64,000 nt of DNA from the NCBI RefSeq assembly GCF_020745735.1, contig NC_083444.1, forward strand, positions 7,570,338 through 7,634,337, read 5' to 3'. The position numbers were made by a program, and so were the translations under genes. Numbering within the stretch: the stretch's first letter is position 1; every line of letters begins with the position of its first letter. Shown one piece after another: positions 1 to 12,590 of this stretch. The notes beneath the pieces are model-generated. The model was not told the DNA's origin and did no database searches. It saw only the letters and a program-made list of their open reading frames with translations. Source of the DNA: Hemiscyllium ocellatum (lineage: Eukaryota).

Positions 1-1710
1 CCAGCCCCCTCACTCCCCACCCTCACTACAGTCTCCACCCCCACACTCCCCACCCTCACTACAATCCCCTCATGTTCACTCCACACCATCATTACAATCC
101 CCTCACCCACACTACCCACCCTCACTCCAATCGCTACCCTCACTACAATCCCCTCAGCCTCACTCCCCACCCTCAGTACAATCCCCTCCCTCACTGCATT
201 CCCCTCACCCTCACTCCCCACCCTCACTACAATCCCCAGCCCCCTCACTCCCCACTCTCACTACAATCTCCACCCCCACACTCCCCACCCTCTCTACAAT
301 CCCCTCATGCTCACTCCACACCCTCACTACAATCCCTACATCCTCACTACAATCTCCATCCACTAACTCCCCACCCTCACTAGAATCCCCACCCCCGCAC
401 TCCCCACCCTCACTACAATCCCCACCCTCACACTCCCCACCCTCATTACAGTCTCCACCCGCTCACTCACCACCCTCACTACCATCCCCTCACTCTCACT
501 CCCCACCCTCACTATAATCCCCTCACCCTCACTTCCCAACCTCACTAAATTTTCCCACCCCCACACTCCTAACCCTCACTACAATCTCCACCCCTTCACT
601 CCCCACCCTCACTACCATTTCCTCACTCTCACTCCCACCCTCACTACCATCCCCACCCCCTCACTCTCCTCTCTCACTATAATCCCCTCACCCTCACTCC
701 CCACCCTCACTACAATCCCCACCCCCTCACTCCCCACACTCCCCACAATCCCCACCCCCTCACACCGCACCCTCACAATACCCACACCCTCACTCCTCAC
801 CCTCGCTACAAACTCCACCCCCACACTCCCCACCCTCTCTACAATCCCCTCATGCTCACTCCACACCCTCACTAAAATCCCTACATCCTCACTACAATCC
901 CCACCTCCACACTCCCCACCCTCACTACAATCCCCATCTCCACACTCCCCACACTCATTACAGTCTCCACCCCCTCACTCTCCACCCTCACTACAATCTC
1001 CAACCCCTCACTCCCCACCCTCACTACCATCCCCTCACTCTCACTCCCCACCCTCACTATAATCCCCTCACCCCCACTTCTCACCCTCACTAAATTTCCC
1101 CACCCCCACACTCCCCACCCTCACTACAATCTCCACCCCTTCACTCCCCACCCTCACTACCATTTCCTCACTCTCACTCCCACCCTCACTACCATCCCCA
1201 CCCCCTCACCCTCACTCCAATCCCCACCCACTCACTCCCCACACTCACTACAATCTCCACAGCCTCACTCCCCGCCCTCACAATATCCACACCCTCACTT
1301 CCCACCCTCACTACAATCCCCTCACGCTCACTCCCCACCCTCACGACAATCTCTACCCCCTCACTCCCCACCCTCACTACAATCCCCTCACCCTCACTCC
1401 CCACCCTCACTAAAATCCCCACCCCATCAGTCCCCACCCTCACCACAATCCACATCCCCCGCACTCCCCACCCTCGCTACAAACTCCACCCCCACACTCC
1501 CCACCCTCACGACAATCTTCACCCACTTACTCCCCACCCTCATTGCAATCCCCTCACCCTCACTCCCCACTCTCACAACAATACCCACACCCTCACTCCC
1601 CACCCTCACTACAATCCCCTCCCCCTCTCTCCCCACCCTCACTCCAATCCCCTCCCCCTCACACCCCACCCTCACTCCAATCCCCCTTCTCACTCACTCT
1701 CCACCCTCAC
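1..1710 (+). repeat. C-rich minisatellite (about 22-24 bp unit, cactccccaccctcactacaatccc)
   Basis: Degenerate tandem unit repeated through 1.7 kb; all ORFs here are repeat translations. Confidence 0.95.
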
Positions 1711-2410
1711 TAGTTGAAAAGGAGTTACAAGGATGTTGCAAGCGTTGGAGGATTGCAGCAATAGTGAGAGGCTGAATAAACTGAGGCTGATTTCCCTGGA
1801 GCGTTGGAGGCTGAGGGGTGATCTTATTGAGGTTTATAAAATCAGGAGGGGCATGGATAGGGTGAATAGCATCCAAGGAGCAGGAGAGTCGATGTTTTGG
1901 GCAAAAGCCCTTCATCATGAATGAAGCTCATTCCTGGTGAAGAGTTTATGCCCGGAAAGTCCATTCTCCTGCTGCCTGACCTGCTGTACTTTTCCAGCAC
2001 CACACTCTCGGCATCAGTTTAATGTTGGAGGGGAAAGAATAAACGGGAACCTGAGGGGTTACCTTTTTGCACAGAGGGGTGGTACGCATCTGGAATGAGC
2101 TACCAGTAGAAGTGGTTAAGGCGGGTACAATAACATCATTTAAAAGGCATTTGGACAAAATCTTGACTAGGAAAGGCTAAGTGCAGGGAAATGGGGTTAG
2201 CGTGGATGGACATTTTGGACAGCATGGACCAGTTGGGCTGAAGGGCCTGTTTCCACACTCTAGGGGTTCTGTGATTCTGTCTATGACTTGTACAAATGCA
2301 GGGATAGGAAAGGATATGGGCCAAGTGCAGGGAAATGGGGTTAGCGTGGATGGACATTTAGGTTGGCATGGACCAGTTTGGGCTGAATGGCCTGTCTCCT
2401 TCCTGTAGGA
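1711..2410 (+). mobile_element. CR1/HER1 LINE 3' fragments interrupted by a degenerate Penelope-tail palindrome (about 1863-2012)
   Basis: Translation [26 protein letters not shown] is typical CR1 ORF2 C-terminus; 3' UTR gggcctgtttcc tail; short internal duplication at about 2180 and 2322. Confidence 0.8.
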
Positions 2411-2506
2411 CTGGTTTGCAGGATCTGACCTCATGCGCCCTAGCCCAGAGATGTTAGCGCTACGCCAAAGCGCACATGTGACACGTTGCTGTTGTCGTTC
2501 ACTTAC

Positions 2507-3200
2507 TCTCCAGGCCATTCAGGTAGGTGAGGGTGATGCTGGCATTGCCCCAGACGCAGCTCACCATGGGGTACAGGGTCTTGCCCTTCAGCCCGTCGAA
2601 GGCCACTCCCAGGTACAAGCCGTCCACCAGGAAGCTCAGGGTCCCGCCGTCGCAGTCCAGCACGGCCAGGAAGCTCTCGGGCACGGGCAGCGGCTCCTCT
2701 GCCACCTCAGGGTACCGGTGGCCATCCCTGCCCCCACCGTGTAGCTGGTTCGCCCCCAGCTCCCAGCCCCAGGACTCTCCATCCCCTCCGCCCAGGAGCA
2801 CCCGGTAGCTGTCATGGTGCAGGGGGGCGTGGGCAGTGCCCACCCCTATCGCCGCGTGGCTGCCCCTCTCCCCAGGGGGCCAGCGCACCTGCCAGACGTG
2901 GAGTCCGCGGCGGTAACTCATGCTGCCCCGGGCGCAGTCCGTGCTGTCCTGCACCGGGTTCCGGCGCACCGTCAGCCCACTGTAGACCGTGGCACCCTCC
3001 GGCTGGCACATGTTGGGCGAGCGGTCCCAGCGACTCCAGGCGTGACAGAGCTGCACCTCCATGGGCACCGGGGGCAGGTCCAGAAGGAGCTCTAGGTTGG
3101 CAGGAGTTGGCATGTGCCAGCCTTTGAACTGCTGCAGCCTCTGTCTCCAATTCGTCTGCTCCGTCTCCCCCCTCAAGGGTTTGATCAACTTCAAACCCAT
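2507..3200 (-). CDS. SPSB: SPRY domain-containing SOCS box protein (SPSB1/2/4 family), main coding exon; the SOCS-box exon should lie before position 1
   Basis: ATG at 3200 (MGLKLIK...). Motifs LELLLDLPP, HAW..DRS, RNPVQDSTDCARG, GLHVWQV, ERGSHA, ESWGWELG, LDCDGGTLSF, GLKGKTLYPMVSCVWG, YLNGLE match SPSB proteins. Perfect phase-1 donor A|GTAAGT (acttac at 2501-2506); 694 nt = 231 codons + 1. Paralogue identity not resolved. Confidence 0.93.
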
Positions 3201-3614
3201 TTCACTCACAAAGGGACACAAGACTCCTCCCTCTCCTGGCTTCCCTTGTGAGTGACCCAAGTTATTTTCTTCCAATTTCCAATATAATTGCAAAGTGCAC
3301 TGCTCTCCTCATCGAGGGGAAGTCTTCCACTGCTACTAAAGCGTTCACAAGTGACACCTTTTTATATGTGTTTTATCAGCTTTATCGGACTCTCTTACGC
3401 ACACTCAGAATAGTGTGTTATTGTGTGATGAATGGCTCTCCCTCTCTCAGTCTCCGGCTGTATCTCACACAGTCCTCCTGTTCCCATCTTGCCGTCACTG
3501 ACTCCCACTCAGTACATGGTCAAATGTCCACGTCATTCAGAGACACTTGGGCCTCCTGTGTTGAGCAAGAGGCAGATATACCAGAGTTAGGACAATCCAG
3601 GGCCAGAGCGAGAA

Positions 3615-3677
3615 CGAGAGAGAGAGAAAAAAAAACGATAGACAGAAACACAGCGAAAGACACTTGCAGAGAGAGAG

Positions 3678-3711
<34 letters not shown>

Positions 3712-4010
3712 ATATACATATTCTCTCTCACATACACACAGACACACATACTCTGTCTCTCACACACATGCACGTACACAAAGTCTATTCCATGTGCATA
3801 TACATACACATTTTCTCTCTCTCTCCCTCTTTCTCTTACTCTGCCTCTCATACACACACGAGTCCACACAATCCTGTTCTCTCTCTCTCACACACACACA
3901 TCCCACCCTCTCTCTCACACAGATACTCTCACTCACTCACACTCTCTCTCTCTGACTGTCACACATATACACTCTCTCCTTTTCTCTCACACACAGACAT
4001 AGAGAGATTC
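3615..4010 (+). repeat. (GA)n/(CA)n/(CT)n microsatellite complex
   Basis: Direct dinucleotide runs. Confidence 0.9.
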
Positions 4011-4476
4011 AATGAGAGACAGACGGACACAGAGCAACTCCTCATTTTCTGTTTGATTTGATTTGATTTATTAATTGTCACATACATTTTGTAACAAAAC
4101 ACAGCTGGAGATGTTTAAGCATTTTACAGCCTTTTAGACTTAGTCTTCAACTCCACATCCTGTTGTTCCCCAGTCTACCCCACCCCCAACCCCAGTCTTG
4201 TCTAGTTTGCTATCAATAAAATTAACCCATTCTCTTCCATCCACACTTTAACTCACATCCACTTTTGATCTGTTTCTCCATCATTAACAGACCTGGGTCT
4301 TTTGCCTTGGGCCTCACTATCATCCCATCATCCCTCCAAAAAAACATGCACGTAAAGTTTCCAACCCTTGTCAATTCTGAAGAAGGGTCAGCCTCAAAAC
4401 TGTTCTTCTCTGTCTCTCTCCCAACAGATGTTGCCAAACCTGCTGAGTTTCTCCAGCACTCTGTGTTTGTTTCAGA

Positions 4477-4778
4477 TTAGATTAGATTCCCTACAGTGTG
4501 GAACCAGGCCCTTCAGCCCAACCAGTCCACACCAACCCTCCGAAGAGTAACCCACCCAAACCTATTTCCCTCTGACTAGTGCACCTAACACGACGGGCAA
4601 TTTACCAGGCCTGCACATCTTTGGACTATGAGACAAAACCGGAGCACTTGGAGGAAACCCATGCAGACACGGGGGAAGAATGTGCAAACTCCACACAGAC
4701 AGTCACCCAAGGCTGGAGTTGAACCCGGGTCCCTGGTGCTGTGAGGCGGCAGTGCCAACCACTGAGCCACTGTGCCAC
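4477..4778 (-). mobile_element. HE1-type (V-SINE) tRNA-derived SINE
   Basis: Reverse complement of ggtggctcagtggttggcactgccgcctcacagcacc...; (TCTAA)n tail. Confidence 0.85.
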
Positions 4779-4902
4779 CTCTGAAATGGCAGTGGTGGGA
4801 TTCAAAGCCACACCTCCTTAGAGATTGGAACCTGGATCCAGCGCCGCAGACCGCTCGGCCCCACTACCAGCCGCAAAGTCTCCACAACGTCTCTTTGTGT
4901 GT

Positions 4903-5180
4903 GGCACGGTGGTTAGCACTGCTGCCTCACAGCGCCAGAGACCTGGGTTCAATTCCCACCTCAGGCAACTGACTGTGTGGAGTTTGCACATTCTCCCCGT
5001 GTCGGCGTGGGTTTCCTCCGGTTTCCTCCCACAGTCCAAAAAACATGTGCAGGTTAGGTGAATTGGCTGCACTAAATTGCCCGTAGTGTTAGGTATAGGG
5101 GAATGGGTCTGGGTAGGTTGCGGGTCAGTGTGGACTTGTTGGGCTGAAGGGCCTGTTTCCACACTGTAAGTAATCTAAAT
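4903..5180 (+). mobile_element. HE1-type SINE
   Basis: ggcacggtggttagcactgctgcctcacagcgccagagacctgggttcaattccc (pol III A/B boxes) through gggcctgtttccacactgtaagtaatctaa; the tail resembles the CR1 3' end. Confidence 0.9.
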
Positions 5181-5204
5181 ATTTACCTTTTATTTGAGGT
5201 TGAG

Positions 5205-6260
5205 CTGATGAAATAACTGCACTGGGGCTGTCACCCTTTAGTTACACATGTATAGTACGTGTCATTGATCCAGCTAGCACAGAGCTGGTTCCTTGAGTGA
5301 ACAGAACTCCTGACATTCCTGATTATTTTCTTTCCTTTTTCTTTCTTTTTTACTGTTGCAAGTGAATTTCTTCAGGAGTCTGCTTTTATCTCATGGTCAC
5401 TGGAATAACTCCACGGAGGCCAGTATCTAATCTCCTTGATTCAGCTCCTTCGGAGTCAGCTCTCAGTGTGAACAGGATGTGTGACGCTCTAGTTTTTCAC
5501 TTTGTTTGTCTTGTTGTTCCCCAGCACCCGTGTCGTGTGTGGGCAGGTATAGGGCACAGTGAAGAACTAACAAGTTCGAAGAGACCTAAGAGGCAACTTT
5601 TTCACACAGAGGGTGGTACGTGTGTGGAATGAGCTGCCAGAGGAAGTGGTGGAGGCTGGTACAATTACATTTAAGAGGCATTTGGATGGGTATATGAATA
5701 GGAAGGGTTTGGAGGGATATGGGCCGGATGCTGGCAGGTGGGACTAGATGAGGGAGTTGGGATGGACAAGTTGGATTGAAGGTTCTGTTTCTGTGCTGTA
5801 CATCTTTATAGCTCTATGTGCATACATTTTGCACTCCTGTTTATCTTCTTTCTTTTTGGACAATTTAGCATGCCCTATTCCTGAGATGCTGCCTAACCTG
5901 CTGTGCTTTAACCAGCAACACATTTTCAGCTGTGATCTCCAGCATCTGCAGACCTCATTTTTTACTGGCCAATTTACCTGACCTGCACATCTTTGGAATG
6001 TGGTAGGAGTAACAGAGGAAACCCACACAGACAGTCACCCAAGGCTGGAATTGAACCTGAGGACCTTGATGCTGTGAGGCAGCAGTACTAACCACTGAGC
6101 CACCATGCCACCCTACACTCCTGTTTATATCTGTCAGCTAGGGGGTCCCTGATTGGAACAGGTTAGCAGGTCCCAATCAAGGAACTCCTATTCTATGGGA
6201 TCTACCTAGCTGACCTCGGAGTTGTGTATAACACTGTGTGAAGTTCTGGTGACCACGCTA
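5205..6260 (-). mobile_element. Probable fragmented LTR-like repeat (pieces about 5205-5315 and 6115-6260) split by CR1, Penelope-tail and SINE insertions
   Basis: The two non-SINE, non-CR1 pieces read as one contiguous LTR-like sequence with a TATA-like gatataaa on the minus strand; family recognised from memory only. Confidence 0.4.
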
Positions 6261-6294
6261 TAGGAAGGATTTGCATAGAATAGAATCACCATCA

Positions 6295-6625
6295 TAAAAT
6301 CCCCAAAGTGTGGAAACAGGCCCTTCAGCCCAACAAGTCCACACTGACCCTCTGATGAGTATCCCACCCAGACCCATTCCCCTACCCAATTACTGACTAA
6401 TGCACCAAACTTATACATCCCTGAACACTATGGGCAATTTAGCACGGCCAATCCATCCTAACCTGCACATCTTTGATTGTGGGAGGAAACCGGAGCACCC
6501 GGAGGAAAGCTGCGCAGACTCAGAAAGAATGTGAAAACTCCACACAGACAGTCTTCCTAGACTGGAATCGAACCCAGGTCCCTGCAATGTGAGGCAGCAG
6601 TGATAACCACTGAGCCACCATCCGT
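6295..6625 (-). mobile_element. HE1-type SINE
   Basis: Same consensus as other copies, reverse orientation. Confidence 0.85.
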
Positions 6626-6689
6626 TAGAGGTGTTGAGGAGATTGACCAGGGCTGAAGAGAGACTGGATAGGATGGGACAGGGAAAGAA

Positions 6690-6915
6690 AATTGCTGGGG
6701 AAAGCTTGGCAGGTCTGGTGGGAAGGAAGCAGAGTTAACATTTCGGGCCCGGTGACTCTTCATCAGAACGGCCCTCAGAGATTCATACAGCATGGGAACA
6801 TTCCTGATGAAGGGCTTATGCCTGAAACGTTGACTCTCCTGCTCCTCGGATGCTGCCTGACCTGCTGCGCTTTGCCAGCGGCACACTTTTCTACTCCAAA
6901 TCTCCAGCCTATGCT
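6690..6915. mobile_element. Penelope-tail fold-back element with hammerhead motif (cctgatgaagggcttatgcctgaaacg at about 6803)
   Basis: Inverted arms and CTGATGA...GAAA core. Confidence 0.7.
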
Positions 6916-8385
6916 GTCCTTGCTTTCTCTCTGTGTATATGTGTGTGTGTAGCAGATGGTGCGTCTCAGGTACTGTGGTGAAGGGTTAGCTGAGGACTGA
7001 CAGACAGTCTCAGCTCAGCAGCTTTGAGAGCTGACTGACTGGGAGCTGCATTACAGCAGCAGTGCTGTGGTTAATATCTCTACAGCCCAACAGCCTGGCC
7101 AGCACCAGCTCCCCAGGGGAAGGCCAGTCCCTCGATGGTTTGGTCTCATGCATTAGCTATCAGCAGCCCCTCACAGCAGGCTGCCTGACTCTGTGGGTGT
7201 CCCAGACACGGTATTATCTTGCTCTCGAAGATTAAGGCCCAGCATGTCACAGGTTATTGGCGAGAACGTCTCTCTCTCTCTCAGCCTTATTCAGTCACTC
7301 TCCAGACTCTGAACAGTGAGGCCAATAAACAGAAAAACTAAGCAGGGAAAAAACATATACTGCTCCATTTCCCAGACTGTGACAGAGTTGATCAGCTTTT
7401 TCACCCTTCTGTCTCAAACTTTCCCCAGTCAGGCTCCCATCTTATCCGTCTTTCTCTCCCTCTCTCGGATGTGAACACTATGTTGTATCCCTCCATTCTC
7501 TGTCCTGTATCTGTCTCTCCCTCTCTCTGTATCTCAAACTGTCTCCATCACTCTCACTCTCCTCTCTGTGATTGGAATTCTCTCTTGTATCGCACTCTCT
7601 CTGTCTTGCTGTCTCTCTGTTCATGTCTCTCTCTCTGTGACTTGAATTCCCCTCTGTAACTGTCTTTCTCTGTATCTTGTCCATCTATTTCTTACGCCCC
7701 CACCTCTGTTATTTTCAAATCTGCCTATTTCCATTTCTTACTTCACCTTTTTAATCAGTTGCACCCTCTCTATTCCCAGTCTCTGTTTCTCACTCCCTGT
7801 TACTGTTCTTTTTCTCTCTCTCTCTTTATTGTGCTCAGCATGTGTTTCACCCTGACTGTATTTCTCGCTCCCTCTCTCAGTGGTTGTGTTGTGGTCACAG
7901 CCCTGCTCAGAAATGGATTTAAAACAAGGCTCATTTTCAGTACTGCGATTAAAAAATGCAAATCGTTTCCCGTCAAGAATCTCCTACTGACGACGTGTGT
8001 GCGTTGAAAAGTGTGGCGCTGGAAAGGCACAGCATCTGAGGAGGAGCAGGAGAGTAGATATTTCGGGCTTCATCGGTAATGTGGGGGGGCTAAGGGGGCT
8101 GAGGGACAAATCAGAGGAGCTGGGATTGGGGGAAGGTAGCTGGGAATGCCATAGGTAGATGGAGGTGGGGGATGATGGTGGTAGGTTAGATTAGATTCCC
8201 TACAGTGTGGATACAGGCCTTTCGGCCCAACCAGTCCACACCGACCCTCCAAACGGTAACCCACCCAGTCCCATTTCCCTCTGACTAATACACTTAACAC
8301 CATGGGACAATTTAGCATGGCCAATTCACCTGACCTGCACATCTATGGACTGTGGGAGGAAACCAGAGCACCCCAGTTACTAACT

Positions 8386-8975
8386 TACTAACTATATTGT
8401 CTATGTTCACATCCAAATCATTTATGTAAATGACAGAAGGTAGTGGACCCAGCACTGATCCTTGTGGCATTCCACTGGTCACAGGCCTCCAGTCTGAAAA
8501 ACAACCCTCCACCACCACCCCCTGTCTTCTACCTTTGAGCCAGTTCTGTATCCAAATGGCTAGTTCTCCCTGTATTCCATGAGATCTAACCTTGCTACCC
8601 AGTCTCCCATGGGGAACCTTGTCCAATGTCTTACTGAAGTCCACATAGATCATGTCTACTGCTCTGCCCTCATCAATCCTCTTTGTTACTTTGTCAAAAA
8701 ACTCAATCAAGTTCATGAGACATGATTTCCCATACACAGATTTTTAAAAAGTCTGGAATCAAGAGTCTAATGATGACCATGAATTCATTGTCGATTGTTG
8801 GAAAAACCCATCTGGTTGGCTGATGTCCTTCAGGGAAGGAAACTGCCATCCTTACCTGGTCTGGCCTACATGTGACTCCAGACCCTCAGTAATGTGGTTG
8901 ACTCAACTGCCCTCTGGGCAGTTAGGGGTGGGCAATAAATGCTGGGCCCAGACAGCGGCACCTTCATCCTGTGAA
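8386..8975 (-). mobile_element. CR1 RT fragment fused to a DeuSINE/SacSINE-like repeat (left arm of an inverted duplication)
   Basis: [38 protein letters not shown]...PQGSVLGP; junction shared with 11100-11700. Confidence 0.85.
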
Positions 8976-9274
8976 TGAATCAAACTTACTGCTGCTAATA
9001 GATTCAGATGGACAAGCAGGAGGCTGCAAAAACACAACAAGCATCTGGAGGTGGGGAGGTCAATGTATCGGATAAAGAAATGTTGACCTCTCCACCTCCT
9101 GATGCTGCCTGGCTTGCTGTGTTCTTCCAGCCTACTTTGGGTCCCAGCAGCTGGAGTTTCAGATTCAGATAAGCAGTTACAAAACTAAAGCACACAAAGC
9201 TGTGGGCCAAAGGCAGATGGCTAGTGCAGACTCAATGGGCTGAAAGGTGTTTCTTTCTGTGCTGTGGGTATCTG

Positions 9275-9783
9275 TGACTATACCACACACACACATTCAC
9301 ATGGACACGGGGAAGCACACACACACACACGCACATATACAAACACATATGCAGACGCAGTCACACACTCAACACACACACACAAACACTTTCACATGAA
9401 CACTCAGAAGTACTCACACATTTATACAAACACATACACAGACATGGTCACACACTCAACACACACACACGCGCACACACACATGCTCACACACACACAT
9501 TCACAGACACCTACAAACACACACACATACAAAAACACACAGATGCACATATTCACACACGCACATACAAATACACACACACATGCAAACACACACACCC
9601 ACAAACACACACACACACTCACAGACACATGCAACACACACACATACAATAACACGNNNNNNNNNNNNNNNNNNNNNNNNNNNNNNNNNNNNNNNNNNNN
9701 NNNNNNNNNNNNNNNNNNNNNNNNNNNNNNNNNNNNNNNNNNNNNNNNNNNNNNNNNNNNNNNNNNNNNNNNNNNNNNNNNNN
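9275..9783 (+). repeat. (CA)-rich microsatellite followed by assembly gap (N at 9657-9783)
   Basis: Direct observation. Confidence 0.95.
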
Positions 9784-9784
9784 N

Positions 9785-10590
9785 CAGGAGGAAGTGAGGA
9801 CTGCAGATGTTGGAGATCAGAGTCGAGAGTGTATTACAGGAAAAGCACAGCAGGTCAGGCAGCATCTGAGGAGCAGGAGAGTCAATGTATTGAACATAAA
9901 CTCTTCATCAGGAATGTGTGTGGGGTGGGGTGGGGGAAAGGGGGTTCAGAAATAAGTAGGCGGGTGGGGGTGGGTTTAGGGGAAGGTAGCTGGGAAAGTG
10001 ATTGGTAGATGTAGGTGGGAAGTGATAGTGATAGGTTGGAGCGGAGTGTGGAGTGGATAGGTGGGACAGTTCAAGAAGGCGGTGCCGAGTTGGAGGGTTG
10101 GATCTGGGATGAGGTGGGGGGAGGGCAGATGTGGAAACTGGTGAAATCGACCTTGATACCGTGAGGTTGGTGAGTCCCGAGGCACAGGATGAGGCGCTCT
10201 TCCTCCAGGCGTCTGCTGGCCAGTGTTTGGTGGTGGAGGAGGTCCTTGCCGGAGTGGAAGGGGGAATTGAAGTGGTCAGCTACGGGGCAGTGCGGTTGTT
10301 TGGTGTCCCAGAGATGTTCCCTGAAACTTTCTGCAAGTTGGCGCCAGAGAACATCTCCAGGACACATGCACCAAACAACCCCACTGCCCTGAGGTCGACC
10401 ACTTCAACTCCCCCTCCCACTCCGGCAAGGCCATGCAGGTCCTGGGCCTCCCCCACCGCCAAATCCAAACCACGCCTGGAGAAAGAACACCTTATCTTCC
10501 ACCTTGGGACCCTCCAACCACACTGCATCAACATCAACTTCACCAGTTTCCTTACCCCCCCCCCCCCCCGCCCCCCCCCCCCCCCCCCCT

Positions 10591-10626
<36 letters not shown>

Positions 10627-10710
10627 CCTCCCACCTCATCCCAGACACAGCCCTCCAACTCGGCACTGCTCTCATAACCTGTCCTACCCTGTCCATCTTC
10701 CTTCTCACCT
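9785..10710. mobile_element. Two Penelope-like element 3' ends in opposite orientation (minus about 9785-10350; plus about 10340-10710)
   Basis: Translations FREHL...PVADHFNSPFHS...RRLEEERLILCLGTHQPHGIKVDFTSF and EKEHLIFHLGTLQPHCININFTSF resemble the PLE GIY-YIG C-terminus; the minus copy continues into the cctgatgaaga tail. Confidence 0.75.
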
Positions 10711-10853
10711 ATCCATTCCACTCTCCTCAGTGGCTCAATGGTTAGCACTGCTGCCTCACAGCACCAGAGTCTCAGGTTTGATTCTAACCTCGGGTGACTG
10801 TCTGTGTGGAGTTTGTACATTCTCCCTGTGTCTGCTCGGGCCCAGCATTAATT

Positions 10854-11066
10854 AGGAGAAAGTGAGGACTGCAGATGCTGGAGATCAGAGCTGAAAACGT
10901 GTTGCTGGAAAAGCACAACAGGTCAGGCAGCATCCAAGGAGCAGGAGAGTCAACATTTCGGGTATGATTCATTCCTGAAGAAGGGTTCATGCCCGAAACG
11001 TCGATTCTCCTGCTCCTTGGATGCTGCCTGACCTTCTGCGCTTTTCCAGCAACACATTTTCAGCCC
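10854..11066. mobile_element. Penelope-tail fold-back element with hammerhead motif and target-site duplication
   Basis: Inverted arms around cattcctgaagaagggttcatgcccgaaacgtc; flanked by cccagcattaatta / cctagcattaatta. Confidence 0.8.
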
Positions 11067-11099
11067 TAGCATTAATTACCCAGAGGGCAGTTGAGGGTC

Positions 11100-12590
11100 A
11101 ACAGGATGAAGGTTATTGCTGTCTGGGCCCAGCATTTATTGCCCACCCCTAATTGCCCAGAAGGCAGTTGAGTCAATCACATTGCTGTGGGTGTGGAGTC
11201 ACATCTAGGCCAGACCAGGTAAGGATGGCAGTTTTCTTCCCTGAAGGACATCAGCCAACCAGATGGATTTTTCCAACAATTGACAATGAATTCATGGTCA
11301 TCATTAGACTCTTGATTCCAGACTTTTAATCTGTGTATGGGAAATCGTGTCTCATGAACTTGATTGAGTTTTTTGACGAAGTAACAAAGAGGATTGATGA
11401 GGGCAGAGCAGTAGACATGATCTATGTGGACTTCAGTAAGGCATTGGACAGGGTTCCCCATTGGAGACTGATTAGCCAGGTTAGATCTCATGGAATACAG
11501 GGAAAACTAGCCATTTGGATACAGAACTGGCTCAAAGGTCAAAGACAGGGGGTGGTGGTGGAGGTTTGTTTTTCAGACTGGAGGCTCGTGACCAGTGGAG
11601 TGCCACAAGGATCGGTGCTGGGCCCTCTACTTTTTGTAATTTACATAAATGATTTGGAAGTGAACATAGGAGATATAGTGAGTATGTTTGCAGATGACTG
11701 ACACCAAAATTGGAGGTGTAGTGGAGAGCAAAGAAGATTACCTCAGATTACAATGGGATCTTGACCAGATGAGCTTGTGGGCTGGGGAGTAGCAGATGGA
11801 GTTTAATTCAGATAAACGTGAGGACCTGCATTTTGGGAAAGCAAATCTTAGCAGGACTTATACTCTTAATGGTAAGGTCCTAGGGAGTGTTACTGAACAA
11901 AGAGACCTTGGAGTGCAGGTTCATAGCTCCTTAAAAGTGGAGTCACAGGTAGATAGGATAGTGAAGAAGGCGTTTGGTATGCTTTCCTTTATTGGTCAGA
12001 GCATTGAGTACAGGAGTTCGGAGGTCATGTTGCGGCTGTACAGGACATTGATTAGGCCACTGTTGGACTATTGCATGCAATTCTGGTCTCCTTCCTATCG
12101 GAAAGATAATGTGAAACTTGAAGCGGTTCAGAAAAGATTTAAAAGGCTGTTGGAGGATTTGAGCTATAGGGAGAGGTTGAATAGGCTGGAGCTGTTTTCC
12201 CTGGAGCATTGGAGGCTGAGGGGTGACCTTATAGAGGTTTACAAAATTATGAGGGGCATGGATAGGATAAATAGACAAAGTCTTTTCCCTGGAGTGGGGG
12301 AGTCCAGAACTAGAGGGCATAGGTTTAGGGTGAGAGGGGAAAGATATAAAAGGGGCCTAAGGGGCAACTTTTTCATGCAGAATGTGGTGTGCGTATGGAA
12401 TAGCTGCCAGAGGAAGTGATGGAGGCTGGTACAATTACAGCATTTAAAAGGCATCTGATGGGTATATGAATTGGAAGGGTCTGGACGGATATGGGCCAGG
12501 TGCTGGCAAATGGGACTCGATTAGGTTAGGATAACTGTTTCTGTACGGATGTGTTAAATGGAAGGATCTGTTTCTGTGTCTCTATGACAG
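11100..12590 (+). mobile_element. SINE fragment plus 5'-truncated CR1/HER1 LINE (RT C-terminal half and 3' UTR)
   Basis: [35 protein letters not shown] motifs; frameshifted. Confidence 0.92.

Noticed and set aside
72-1693. His/Pro-rich and Val/Gly-rich ORFs
   Set aside because: Minisatellite translations.
2433-3255. Plus-strand ORFs overlapping the SPSB exon
   Set aside because: Antisense shadows of a GC-rich coding exon.
3201-3293. N-terminal extension of SPSB in the ORF track (start 3293)
   Set aside because: Homology starts at MGLKL (ATG 3200); the upstream start is probably a non-ATG call in the 5' UTR.
4903-5180. tRNA-like A/B boxes as tRNA genes
   Set aside because: They are heads of high-copy SINEs, not cloverleaf tRNA genes.
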